Shown: one piece after another, positions 11,570 through 24,496 of the stretch
How the letters are laid out: every line of letters begins with the position of its first letter
Numbering within the stretch: the first letter of the stretch is position 1
Made by a program: the position numbers and the translations under genes
Notes under the pieces: model-generated
The model's database searches: none
What the model was told of the DNA's origin: nothing
The model's input: the letters and a program-made list of their open reading frames with translations, nothing else
Assembly: GCF_006345805.1 (NCBI RefSeq)
Contig: NC_043017.1
Coordinates: 28,830,001 to 28,894,000 of the forward strand
Reading direction: 5' to 3'
DNA from: Octopus sinensis
Lineage: Eukaryota
Length of the DNA: 64,000 bases

Positions 11570-11800
11570 GTTTACAAAATTCTTTGAAGATGTAAAATTT
11601 TCAAAAATGATGATGACCTGAAAGCGGACCTGCTTCAGGTTTTGGCTGATTAGGACCAGGATTTCTATGAGTGCAGAATCATGAATCTGCCAGAAGGAGG
11701 GCAAAAGATCATCGAGAAAAATGGCAAAATATGTTGTTGATTAAAGTTTATTCTTTGTAAGAAAAAAATGACTTTTGTTTCACACTAAAAATTATGATGT
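11570..11800 (+). pseudogene. mariner transposase C-terminal relic
   Basis: F.NDDDLKADLLQVLAD*DQDFYECRIMNLPEGGQKIIEKNGK matches the mariner FY..GI..L.ERW..IE.NG.Y terminus. Confidence 0.75.
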
Positions 11801-12004
11801 TATATACCCATAATTTTTTTCATTTTATTTTATTTACATAATGTGTCCATGTACCCCCCTCAACATGCCCATTCTAACTATTACTGGTTTATGTTACTTG
11901 TCATTATACCCTATAATTACATATATTTTACTGCTGATATATGCACACATGTATGCATACATAGTACTTCCTGATGCCCTACGAGTTTACTATATATTTA
12001 CTAC

Positions 12005-12007
<3 letters not shown>

Positions 12008-12051
<44 letters not shown>

Positions 12052-12109
12052 GTATACATATATATATATATATGTATTATATGTATATATATATATGTAT
12101 ATATATATG

Positions 12110-12141
<32 letters not shown>

Positions 12142-12202
12142 TAATATATTATATATATATGTATATATATATATATGTATATATATATAGTATATATATA
12201 TA

Positions 12203-12280
<78 letters not shown>

Positions 12281-12482
12281 TTGATAAGCATAACAAATGC
12301 GCAACCGGTAAAAAGAACTTTCACCTAATTAAATTACTTAAATTACTTCAATTATTTGTCAGCATTTTCTTCATTTCCTTTTTTATATATCACCACTCGT
12401 GTTCGACATCTCCTTTCTTTAAATATATATATATATATATTATATATTATATATATATATTATATATATATGTATATATATG

Positions 12483-12534
<52 letters not shown>

Positions 12535-12535
12535 C
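12008..12535. repeat. Long interrupted (TA)n tracts
   Basis: Directly visible. Confidence 0.95.
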
Positions 12536-14504
12536 AGTAATCCAAACATGAAAACACAAAGAGAAAACACAATAACGCGCGGACGTGGAAGAAGTATAGT
12601 GTTATTGGACGCTCAGGAAAGGAAAGGAAGACGGGGAAAAAAATCGCCAACGGTACACACGGGATCACATATATATGAATGTATGTATACATGTCTACTA
12701 TATGTTTATTATATATTGGTACTAACATGTATTTCTAATATGGACGTGTATATCTGCCTATATATGTATGTTTCGCATATATAAATACACTACCCATTTT
12801 GTTTATGCGTGTGTATTTTATAACCATATGTGTGTGACTCCTCTCTCTTTGCACCGGTATGTTTATATATTTGTACTGTGTTCATTTTTTTATCTATACC
12901 ATAATGATTCAGCAACTAGAATCCCAATATTTATAGATACTAATGTGCACATATGCCTCTACTCGCGTATGAATAAATATGCAAAAACCTTTCTCCTTAT
13001 AAGATTATTCTTCTCCGACACGATGCATAAATTTTTGTACACTTAATGTGCACCCTATTACTCGTATATTTTCTTATATACATAACTGACAAAACTCTCC
13101 CATCACTAAAATATCACTACTTTCCTGGTACCATTTCATATTCCTCTCACCTAATACTAAGCGTTTTTCTTTTACCTCTTAATGATTTTTTGTTTATACT
13201 AAAACACATCTATACTCCGACGATGAATGACCCCAATTTTACAGCGAACATATTTCCATTTTGCCTTATTTTGGAAGATAGTCTATGTTTTTAACCATTC
13301 ATTCAAAGCATGAGTCTTTCGAATTTTATTTAACTATTTTATTCATACGAAATTTCGCAGCCTATAAACCGCTTGTAAAATGACTTCTCTTAATTTAATG
13401 CTACACAATTATTTTATAAATTTAATGTTTTTCGTCTGGCAGTTATATATAAGTGAGACATAAGGAGGTACATTAACACAAGTACTGGTAACTATAAGAA
13501 GCCGTTCTGCCAGGGCACTTCTACGAACGGATACATTTTTGAATCAAGAGCTTATAACACCAAACATCTCATAATACACTGGTGACCGATCAGTAATCCG
13601 GATTGATTAGTAAATACAGATATTATGTCACAAGACAATGATGGTTCTTATAACATGAATAAAACATTTCTTCATAGTCTTTAGGCATCCGCCGTGAAAG
13701 TGGTTTTATACGGCAGAGTGTTAGAATAATGTGTCATAAAACGTATCAGCCAGTAATGACTTGCGTTGAAATGAGACCTAGGAATCAAATGTTGATTCGG
13801 TTTAAAGCTTACATACGCATAAATTTTGCTTAAGACAACAATACATAATCTCGAGGCATAACTAATTCTAAATTCTTTTTCCATCTCAGAAAATCTATTT
13901 TCTTTTTTTCTGTACATACCTCTTGATATCTTGATGAAATGTTTGTTTGTTTCTTTTCTTTTTTTCAAAATCGAATTGAAGATTCACGCCAATTCCAAAT
14001 GATCTGCTTATTACGAATCATCTTCCCTTTATCTACTTCAACTATTTCAATTTTTGTTCAACTGTATTTGAATATCAGCGCTTCGAATTATTCATATTAC
14101 GGATAACCAAATTAGAGACAATTACATATAATTTGTGATGAACGACGAGTGTGTGAGAAGATTTCTGTTTTTTCTCACCACATTTATATGTCTCTAATCA
14201 CATTTACCAGGGTCGGATCACATAGCGCGGCACATTCCGGAGTTGTCTTCACCATAGACTTGTGTTTGCCCATCACTTAGGAGTGCAACACAGTTGGTGA
14301 AAATGTGTACGTAGATCCGTGGAATACAATCAACCTGTCTTCAAATATTAAAACTTGTCATATTACTATAATATTTCCATGGTGAATTAAATTAAGAATG
14401 CAAAATACAGAGGAGTACTCAGTCAAATATACGGCAACTGGATGAGACTTGAATTTCTAACTAGAACTCTTTTCCTCGCGTGTTCGCTACAGTCAACAGA
14501 ATGT

Positions 14505-14650
14505 GAGCTGTGGAAAGTGTACCGCTATCAAACTTAGTTCTTATTGGATACAAGGTGGAGCTTGATAAAACCTGGCTGGGTGAGAGTGTGTAACGTTGAA
14601 TGACCTCAAACACGTAAAAGCCCCAGTAAACATCAGTTATGGTGTCTGAA
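14505..14650. repeat. Locally duplicated segment (copy 1; copy 2 at 16163-16360)
   Basis: AGTGTACCGCTATCAAA...GATACAAGGTGGAGCTTGATAAAACCTGGCTGGGTGAGAGTGTGTAA...ATGGTGTCTGAAG shared; homology resumes at ~15007 after an insertion. Confidence 0.9.
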
Positions 14651-15000
14651 GAAATTGGAACAAGTTTCGTTAGAATATGTGGATTTCACAAGCGGTTCCC
14701 AACAGTCCCGCATGTAGAGACAACCTGTTTGCCGCAGATTGTCCGCAGACGCAGGGACAGAACAACCAAGGAGCCGCCGGTTGCCGAAACAGGCACTCTG
14801 AGGATTTTCACTCGGTGTCAGACCAATCCGCCTTGGGTGGCCCTAGCAGGAACCGAAGTTCCCGACGGCATAGCTCTGACACAACCCGTTGCCAGCGTCC
14901 CCACCACGGTGAGGTGGGGATGGACTTTGGGGACGGACTTAGTAGTAGGGATAAATATAAACGTGTAGTAATCGTAGGAGTGCCTCTTGAATTGGAGTAA
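14651..15000 (-). mobile_element. GC-rich insertion resembling an RTE/BovB-type LINE 5' region
   Basis: Minus-strand GAGCTATGCCG..TAGGGCCACCCAAGGCGGATTGGTC resembles the RTE-BovB 5' motif as I recall it; absent from the paralogous copy at ~16311-16330. Confidence 0.6.
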
Positions 15001-16162
15001 AGCATTATATGATACGTGAGTTTGTAAGAGGTTAACAAGCATTTTACAAAAATAGAAAATTACATACAGAAAATTACAAACAATATATTGCAGACTATGA
15101 TATACACAACAAAAGAAGTTTTACTCGCAGCTACTACGCCTCCTTTTATTCTGTCAAAGCATACAATGATTGTTACAAAGCAATGAAGTCATATAATTTC
15201 ACAAACGTTTAGGAAATCTATATTGAACTCATACCATTTTGGCTAGTTTTCCTGCCTGACATGTCATGAAGTTTTAATTCCAGAGAAACTTTTTTCCTGC
15301 ATTGAGAGAAATACTTCATTATATATAATTAATACGTCTGTATATAATAACATAATTTATATATTTGAATTTCAGTTTGTACTATGAGTATGTGAAGGAG
15401 AATTTGATAATTATTTATAAGTTCTTTTATATTCAAGACAAACATCAGAAGTTGGATTGTTTATTTAATAGACACCATGTTCTTTTTTTGTAACGTACAT
15501 TAGAAAATAAGACAAAGAAAATCAATGAATATGATTTAAATTGCCTTTCCAATGAATTAAATTTGGCATGAAAACAAAAACAAAAATTTAAATATATGGT
15601 GGCCTTTTCACATACGATATTATTTTGTTTTTTAAATAGATAATAAATTTCTTTTGATGTTGAAAGAAAAGTGAAATTTATAAATTAATGTGCTGAGAGC
15701 ATTATGAAAAATAACAACAAGGAGAACAAAACCCATAATATAATCAAATGAATAAATAAATAATAAATGGTAAACTAATGGGTGATATATGACAAATATT
15801 GTGAATAAATCACAAAATATGAACGGTAGGTGTCAAATACGAACGTTTTTAACAAACATTTTTACAAAAATAGAAAATTACATACAGAGAATAGAAAAAT
15901 GGCTTGATGTTGTTATTTATCCAGAGGTCAAACATGATCGGGGAGAGCCGTGATTGAAGACGTTCTATCCGTGAACACCTCGCCTGTGTGTATATATCTA
16001 GGTTTCCAAGTATTATATACGCAATCGTAACAGCATTAAGGAAAATATTTTAATGCTGTTTTGATTGAGGACAACGGTGATTAGAAGATGTCAATTAAAA
16101 GTTCAACACGTTTGCTGTGGTGCCAACAAAAGTTGACATAGGTTAGCTACAGTTATCAGGGT

Positions 16163-16360
16163 GTGAGCCGTGCACAGTGTACCGCTATCAAATTTAGTTC
16201 TTATTAGATACAAGGTGGAGCTTGATAAAACCTGGCTGGGTGAGAGTGTGTAATTTTGAAAGACCTCAAACCCGTAAAAGCCCCAGTAAACATCGGTGAT
16301 GGTGTCTGAAGTTGCATCATACAAAACATCATATGATACGTGAGTTTTTAAGAGGTTAAC
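16163..16360. repeat. Locally duplicated segment (copy 2, without insertion)
   Basis: Aligns to 14505-14650 plus 15007-15037. Confidence 0.9.
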
Positions 16361-16731
16361 CGATATACATCGGGTAAGCACGCAAGCGATCAATTCAACA
16401 ACTCAGATATCACAAATATGTACCCGCTCTAAAATTGTCACCAGAGATTATGACATTACATCCACTAAAAGTCACAAGTACAATATGATATCATAGTGTA
16501 GACTAAATTGCTCAAGAATAATTCCTTGTACATGATTATTCAGAATTGCTAGAATTAGATGGTAACCAACGATTAAAATCAGGGTGTAACATGTACGTGT
16601 ATATTAAATACTGGCTGAACAAAATGACATACTATAGGTGTAATATTTAGGTAACAATTTCAAGGGAGAGAGTAGCCGATAACATCGACCCCAGTGCTCA
16701 ACTGGTACATATATTATCGAGCTACATAAAG

Positions 16732-16960
16732 GGGGCGAGCTGGCAGAATCGTTAGCACGCCGGGCGAAATGCGTAGCCGTATTTCGTCTGCTTTTACGTG
16801 CTGAGTTCAAATTCCGCCGAGGTCGACTTTGCCTTTCATCCTTTCGAGGTCGATAAATTAAGTACCAATTACGCACTGGGGTCGATGTGATCGACTTAAT
16901 ACCTATATCTGTCCTTGTTTGTCCCCTCTATGTTTAGCCCCTCGTGGGTAATAAATAAAT
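16732..16960 (+). mobile_element. SINE family B inserted into an older minus-strand B copy (16670-17078)
   Basis: Full consensus; flanking pieces are reverse-oriented B fragments; TACATATATTATCGA occurs on both sides. Confidence 0.85.
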
Positions 16961-17406
16961 AAATAAATAGATACATATATTATCGACCCCGTAAAGATGA
17001 AAGTAAAAGTCGACGTCAGCGGAATTTGAACAGATGGACAAAATGCTTCTAAGTATATTTCCTGACTGCTCGCCGCCTTGAAAAAATGTCCTTATATTAA
17101 AGATAGGATTAGGACGCATTTCAGTAGGAAAGGAGCCAAAATGGTGATTATAGTAATTGATTCAGACTAAACTGCATCCCTACAGATTATTCATATATTC
17201 ATACATTAACATGTATTTCAGAACCAACGATTCAGCAGGTAACTCATTATATGCTCATTAACATATATTCATAAGCTTGGATCACCATCTCCTTGGCAGG
17301 ATGTAGAAATTGCATGCAAACCTTCATTAGCATTAGATGGCTAATAAAGTAAAAGGTATGCTTTCGATGATATCTTCAATGTTCATTTGGAAATTAAACA
17401 AAATAG

Positions 17407-17975
17407 AGGCGCAGGAGTGGCTGTGTGGTAAGTAGCTTGCTTACCAACCACATGGTTCTGGGTTCAGTCCCACTGCATGACATCTTGGGCAATTGTCTTC
17501 TACTATAGCCTCGGGCCGACCAAAGCCTTGTGAGTGGATTTGGTAGATGGAAACTGAAAGAAGCCTGTCGTATATATGTATATATATATATATATATATA
17601 TAGGAAAAAACAACTCAAGATAGAAAATGCTAAAATAATTTTATAAAGAACATTTCAGTACCGGTTTCAGTCATTTGTGACCTTTTCAACTGTAACGATT
17701 AAATAATTAAATTTAGAAAATTAAAAGAAAAGTTTTTCTAAAAGAATATTTGTATAGTGTTCAAATATAAGTGGCATTTTCCGTGTGTGCGTGTTTGTGT
17801 GTCTGTGTTTACGTCCCCGTAACCTAGCGGTTCGGCAAAATGGACCGATAGATTAAGTACTAGGCTTACAAAGAATAAGTTCTGGGGTCGATTTGCTCGA
17901 CTAAAGGTGGTGCTCCAGCATAGCCGCAGTCAAATGACTAAAACGAGTCAAAGAGTAAAAGAGTAAAAGAGAGTG
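17407..17975 (+). mobile_element. SINE family A interrupted in its microsatellite by a ~180-bp insert (17601-17780)
   Basis: 5' half 17407-17600 and 3' half 17783-17975 match the consensus. Confidence 0.9.
17656..17692 (-). ncRNA. Minimal type I hammerhead motif with U3-A8 core variant
   Basis: CAG-TTGAAAA-GGTCA-CAAA-TGACT-GAAA-CCGG-TA-CTG. Confidence 0.6.
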
Positions 17976-18170
17976 TATTCAAGCTTTAATTATGGGGAAC
18001 CTGAGTGTAAGACTCAGTCGATATCAATTATGAAAACGGTGTTGATAACAAACAGGTTGAGGGCATATACAGTTAAAAGCATGAGAGTGTGTGGGACTGA
18101 AGTAAATCACTGGATAATATGTAGTGGTTGGTTTCATCTTTCATTTGTTTGATATTATTAGACGCTATAT

Positions 18171-18584
18171 GGCGCAGGAGTGGCTGTGTGGTAAGTAGCT
18201 TGCTTACCAACCACAGGGTTCCGGGTTCAGGCCAACTGCGTGGCATCTTGGGCAAGTGTCTTCTGCTATAGCCCCGGGGCGACCAATGCTTTGTGAGTGG
18301 ATTTGGTAGACGGAAACTGAAAGAAGCCTGTCGTATATATGTATATATATATAAGTGTGTGTGTATGTGTTTGTGTGTCTATGTTCGTCCCCTTAGCATT
18401 GCTTGACAACCGATGCTGGTGTGTTTACGTCCCCGTAACTTAGCGGTTCGGCCAAAAAGACCGATAGAATAAGTACTGGGCTTACAAAGAATAAGTCCCG
18501 GGGTCGATTTGCTCGACTAAAGGCGGTGCTCCAGCATGGCCGCAGTCAAATGACTGAAACAAGTAAAAGAGTAAAGAGTAAGAG

Positions 18585-18585
<1 letters not shown>
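18171..18585 (+). mobile_element. SINE family A, full length
   Basis: Matches the consensus head to tail. Confidence 0.93.
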
Positions 18586-18615
<30 letters not shown>

Positions 18616-18727
18616 AATATAATATCTATAATGTTTAGCAACGTTTCATCTGTTATGTCTTGATTTCAAATTCCATTAATATCGAAATGGGCTTCCATTA
18701 ATTCGGACTTGGTTATAATCAACGTAT

Positions 18728-18942
18728 GCTCTTTTTACTCTTTTACTTGTTTCAGTCATTTTGACTGTGGCCATGCTAGGGCACCGCTTTAGTCGAGCAA
18801 ATCGACACCAGGACTTATTCTTTGCAAGCCTAGGGACTTATTCTATCGGTCTCTTTTGTCGAACTGCTTCGTTACGGGAACGTAAACACACCAGTATCGG
18901 TTGTCAAGCGATGTTGGGTGGGACACAGACGAAGAAACATAT

Positions 18943-18988
<46 letters not shown>

Positions 18989-19090
18989 GACGGGTTTCCT
19001 TCAGTTTCCGTCTAACAAATCCACTCACAAGGCTTTGGTCGACACGACGCTTTAGTAGAAGACGCTTACCGCGCAGCCACTCTCACGCCT
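18728..19090 (-). mobile_element. SINE family A, internally deleted
   Basis: CTCTTTTACTTGTTTCAGTCATTT tail to CAGCCACTCTCACGCCT head, in reverse orientation. Confidence 0.88.
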
Positions 19091-19102
19091 ATAATTGGTT
19101 TA

Positions 19103-19194
19103 CGCCCGCAGAGGGACTCGAACCCGCGACACTCATATTACTTCTAAGCTTGACCTATAAAAGTCTGATGCTCTACCGACTGAGCTATGCGGAA
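19103..19194 (-). tRNA. tRNA-Lys(TTT): tRNA-Lys(UUU) gene or pseudogene with a 19-nt intron (19139-19157)
   Basis: TTCCGCA TA GCTC AGTCGGTA GAGC A TCAGA CTTTTA [TAGGTCAAGCTTAGAAGTA] A TATGA GTGTC GCGGG TTCGAGT CCCTC TGCGGGC G. One mismatch each in the acceptor, anticodon and T stems. Confidence 0.85.
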
Positions 19195-19730
19195 TAGTTT
19201 CTACCTACAAACATTTAAAAATAGTGATAAATTTATAAAAATACAAAGACTAAGTCAAACATTTAAAAGTAATATTCAAATCCCGACGAATGCTGCCCAA
19301 ATCCAGCATTTACTGGAACTTTATTCAAACGTGCATAATCCTACTTTACCACAAATAAAATTTGCTCCTTTTACACGTTTCTTCATATCACCAGTTAAAC
19401 AGCAATCGACTTATGCATTTTACTCCTATTCAAGTTTTACTCTTACGATTACTACACATTTATATCTATCTCCACCACTAAGCAGGGCTTATATATTTGA
19501 TCAGATACAAGGACACTAGTCCATCTAATCTTCATGCATTAGCCACAAGTCTATTGGCAATCGGTCATAAATAATACTAATGCGAAACATTTATACACAA
19601 ATGTACTATCGCTGCATAATGGCTCGTGTTAAACAAAAGTATATGTGTAGTGGGGTGGATTCATTCAACTAAAAATTCGTCAGCTTTGTGCCCCAGCATG
19701 GCCGCAATCTAGTGACTGAAAGAAGTAAAA

Positions 19731-20192
19731 GATAGAAGATAAACATATCCCCATATATATATATATATATATATATAAATATATATACAACATGCATATA
19801 CATATGCATATAATTATATAGATATATATATAATGAATTAGGTGTATATACACACACATCAAAACACATAGATATCCACCTGTAAGATTATACAAAGATA
19901 ATATACGTGTACATATTATGCTTATATAGACATATGTACATGCGTGTATATATATATATATATATAAGATAAACATATATATATATTTATATAGAAGATA
20001 AACATACCCCCATATATATATATATATATATATATACAACATGCATATACATATGCATATAATTATATAGATGTATATAACGAATTAGGTGTATATACAC
20101 ACATACATCAAAAACCATAGATATCCCTATAAGAATATACAAAGTTAATATACGTGTATTTATTATGCTTATATAGACATGTACATGCGTGT

Positions 20193-20237
<45 letters not shown>

Positions 20238-20288
20238 AAGATAAACATATATAGATATATATAGAAGATAACCATACCCCCATATATG

Positions 20289-20323
<35 letters not shown>

Positions 20324-20375
20324 ACATGCATATACAATGCATATAATTATATAGATGTATATAACGAATTAGGGT
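19731..20375. repeat. Tandem repeat, ~260-270-bp unit, ~2.4 copies, with embedded (TA)n
   Basis: ATAGAAGATAA(A/C)CATA..CCCATATAT..CAACATGCATATACA..ATAATTATATAGAT recurs at ~19731, ~19991 and ~20261. Confidence 0.85.
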
Positions 20376-20380
20376 TATAG

Positions 20381-20412
<32 letters not shown>

Positions 20413-21449
20413 GTATGGCGTCACTTGGTGTACAACCTAGAATATTCGGATAAGTAAACGTTAATTATTTCATTTGTTTAACAACTTAATATCGAATCTA
20501 CAGATGACTGAAAGAGATATTCTATTCCTCTTTTCTTTATCATTTTCCTTTTTGTTTTGAAGATATACGTTTAACCAAAAACTTTTAATTAGCATCATGC
20601 AATTAAGTACAGTAATAATAAGGCGAGAAAAATAATCATTTAATTTAAGATCATTCTAGAAAAATATTTTAATTTTATTAATCAATAATGTACTCTAATT
20701 AAAGCAAGTTACAAATATCTGTTGGCTTATACCATGCTAAGATCTGTTGTTTTGGTTAAATGTAAAAGATACTTTAAAAAAGAGATTAAAGATTATAATC
20801 AATAATGAGATAAAGAAATTCCTGACTGCATCATCTAAAATGTATCTTTTGATGCGTGGAAACTGAGGATATATTGTTAGCATGCGAAAATCTTTATGAT
20901 TGAAAAAGTTTGGTATGGTTTTTTTTTTTCTTTAGCGAAAAAGTGGAAAGAGATAAAACATTAAGGAAACCTACTGAAAAAATCGATTGACAAATTTACC
21001 CATTTACCCGGTTGTCTAAAAGTGTTTCGACAAACCGTTAATTTCTATTAAAGAAGATATTGTCATTTTATTCCTATGCTAGAATTATAATGTCAAATCC
21101 TGGCCGATGTTATGTAGATTTCATAATGTACTTGATAAGTCATTTCTGTGAATGATAGACCTAAAAAATTAAAAGAAATATAACTGGCTAGGTAGACCTA
21201 AGTTAACATGACTATTGACAATGTTCGCTTGACGGATATGGATAAATATTTGTATATTAATATATAATTAAATGACACCGTGGACTAAGACATATAGATA
21301 AATAGACACATAATATTAGATACAAATATTTATACATGTATGTTTACAGTAACATTTATCCTATGTCAAAATATTGTATATTTTTAACCGTTTGTCTCAA
21401 CAAAAAATCTCATAATGTTAAGTGCAAAATATGTTCCTCAGGGAATCCA

Positions 21450-22400
21450 TCTTTGCCACTTATTATCTCTTTAATTAGAAACAAATTTCAATCAGAAGGA
21501 ACTCTTTAGAATTAAGGACACCTTTCGGAGGAAAGCGAATATCGACGAGCACAACAAACCAACAAAGGTAGCAAGAATTCTATTGCCAAAGGTAGAACAA
21601 AAATGATGTCAACGCAGCCATCGAGTTATGAGATCGGAATAGAAAAAATCAAAGGTCTTTCGCATTTTGAATAGTTTTCTTGAGAACAGTTTCATTTCAA
21701 GAATTCTCCATTTTCTCCATGAACATGATACGCGCCATACAGTGGGGTGTTTCAGAATCGTACTTGGCATAATGAGTTGAAAATGCAGTTTTGCAATAAA
21801 GATTATTTGGAATAAAGTGGTTTCATTTCAAATAAATGGTACGATAAACTGCCATATTTGCCCATACTGGGTACCTGAGAACCAGCATATTTCCGAAGAA
21901 TAGCATGTTAATTTACAATGAGCTAAAGTATGATGTGAATAATCGTTAAGATATCCATGAGTCACTTTGACATTGTATTTTGTTCTGATTTACTTCAGCC
22001 TGCTAGGACAACCTGTCATACCAAGCCTTCAAGTCTAATTGGATGATGTGGCATTTCATGTATAGCAAAATGTGCTCTGGTATACTGATATACGAAATTG
22101 CCATGAGATTTTACTAATCATGTAGATTGAGTGCATCACACACCGTTAGATTTTTAATAGTGATACTAAAAAGAGAAAGATTACAGCACAAAAATGGCAA
22201 CAGTTGGCAAATACAAGGCTGCCAGTGGACAAGTAAGCACACAGATAGTAAACCAACTACATCTTGAAGATTTTCGATTCCATTTCTTCGCGTTATCAGT
22301 TGTAACTGGACCGGACCAGCTCTCTGTTTGCTTATTAGCGTAACTAAATACTGTCTGTAGTCTCTAATAAATTGTGAAAATGAAATGTAATATAAATACT
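21450..22400 (+). pseudogene. Highly decayed Tc1/mariner-superfamily transposase
   Basis: INGTINCHICPYWVPENQH (~21832-21888) resembles the F.LNG.VN..NC.YW..ENP motif. Confidence 0.45.
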
Positions 22401-22420
22401 ATGTAATCATTCAAGAGGTG

Positions 22421-22421
22421 A

Positions 22422-22506
<85 letters not shown>

Positions 22507-22587
22507 GTCTGTCTGTCTATCTATCTATCAATCTATGTGTCTGTCTGTCTATCTATCTGTCTAACTAGCAACATGTATCCATGTATC

Positions 22588-22628
<41 letters not shown>

Positions 22629-22639
22629 ATATATATATA

Positions 22640-22682
<43 letters not shown>

Positions 22683-22700
22683 GCACACACACATATATAT
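22421..22700. repeat. (TCTA)n/(TA)n microsatellites
   Basis: Directly visible. Confidence 0.95.
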
Positions 22701-23499
22701 ATAGTTTCATTAAATAACTTTGACTGATTCGTACTCCATTTTCATTGTCAATATAAGCTAGTGCAACCACCAGTTTAATGAGGCTATTTCGTCTGTTATT
22801 ACGCAAAACAATTAATTCTGTTTCAGCTTAATGTTTTATAAGGTCCTCCTTTGAAAAAGTTTGCTACGCTCGACACTTTTCACACACTGAAGCAAATACA
22901 AGCTGCGGGGAAGATATGTGTAATTTTCCTGTGTATACATATGTGTTTGCATGTGTGTGTGTTGTCGGTGTGTGTGTATGTATTCATTAATTTATAAGTG
23001 TGTGTGGTGTATGTGAATATATGTATATCACATATATGAAAACATATTTATATATGTTTTTATCAAACACAGGTACCTTCGCACATCGCACACTCGTATA
23101 TTATAGAGAGCAAATATATATAAAGTAATTAAATAGGTAATTTAATAGATAAATGTTTGTTATATACATAAAATAAATAATTGAAACTCTGTAAGTATAA
23201 TAAATGAAATATATAATTGATTTAAAATATTAATGAAATGTTATGTGAGATATATTTACACACCTACACGCACATCTATATAAATTTACAAAGCAATAAA
23301 TTGAAGACGCAAACGAATACAAATTAGTTATGTGTATTTGTAGTAAACAGCACACCTTTGTTGAGGTGACAATTGTTTAAATTATATAGTATAATCAAAA
23401 GTTTTGGTTGAAATCAATTTAGGACACAAACGTAGTGTATTTAGTCGAAATACGTTTCATTTAATTCGTTTAATTTGTGTTTGTATGACTAGTTTCATT

Positions 23500-24067
23500 A
23501 AAAGCGACATATTTCAATATAAAATCATCCGATTTGGAGATTTGAAATTAAAAATTTAAAAACTAGTCGTTTGGACTTGGAAATTACACACCCATAATGA
23601 AAAATCGAGTAAATATTTTGAATCCTTACCTTTTATTTAAATTATATCTATTATTCTTTATTGTAAATGAATTCTTCATTGTCATATAATACAGAACAAT
23701 GAAAGTTAGTAAAGATGGTGGAGTTGAGTGTACTTAGGGATGGAAATATCGAAGTTTTTCTCAGGAAAGACAGATAGCAGGATGAATTTTTGGAACCCTG
23801 TGAAAACAATGGACGATAGACTACATTCGTTCCTGTTGAAGTAAATTTTATAGGACTTGTTGGAACTAATATGAAACAAACACTTCCTTGAAGCTTGCTT
23901 CTCATTATCAGCTAAAACTGGATCAGAGAAGCCATCTGTTTGCATATTACGTTTATATAATGTTGTGTGTAGTTTTTAATTAATTGTGAAAATGAAATAT
24001 CATAAAATAAATACTGACTACGTTATCTTTCAATATATATAATACATTTCTGAGGGACACCTTGTAT
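23500..24067 (+). mobile_element. Possible decayed Tc1/mariner element right end
   Basis: Ends GGGACACCTTGTA (TACA.GGTGTCC-type TIR); AATTGTGAAAATGAAAT shared with ~22370. Confidence 0.35.
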
Positions 24068-24450
24068 CTGACTGCGAAACAGACAAGGGCTTTTGCGTGA
24101 AAATTGTGGGGATTAGTGGTATACAAAATAAGAATTATGGATGATAAAATCATCAGAGTAACTACGTTTCAACAAACTTCATGTTGTTGTGTGAGAGGTT
24201 TGTCGCCTACATTAGTGGATGGCATCGATGCCATCGAAACAATTGTCTGCAATTTGCATTTAATATTATGTTAATAAATTTTAATTTTTGAATTAACAAT
24301 TGTACATCTTCATTTTCTTTTCATTTTTATAAATTTGATATATACCCCTGTGAACTATAAAGTTTTTCTCAACTAAATTTGATATTAGACAGTGAGTTAA
24401 GTCAGTGAAAAATGGGATGTTTTCATTCCTATAAGTAGAACCTATTGATC

Positions 24451-24496
<46 letters not shown>

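Noticed and set aside
16103-16393. 96-aa ORF with superficially membrane-protein-like sequence
   Set aside because: No recognisable domain, non-ATG start, and the paralogous copy is interrupted.
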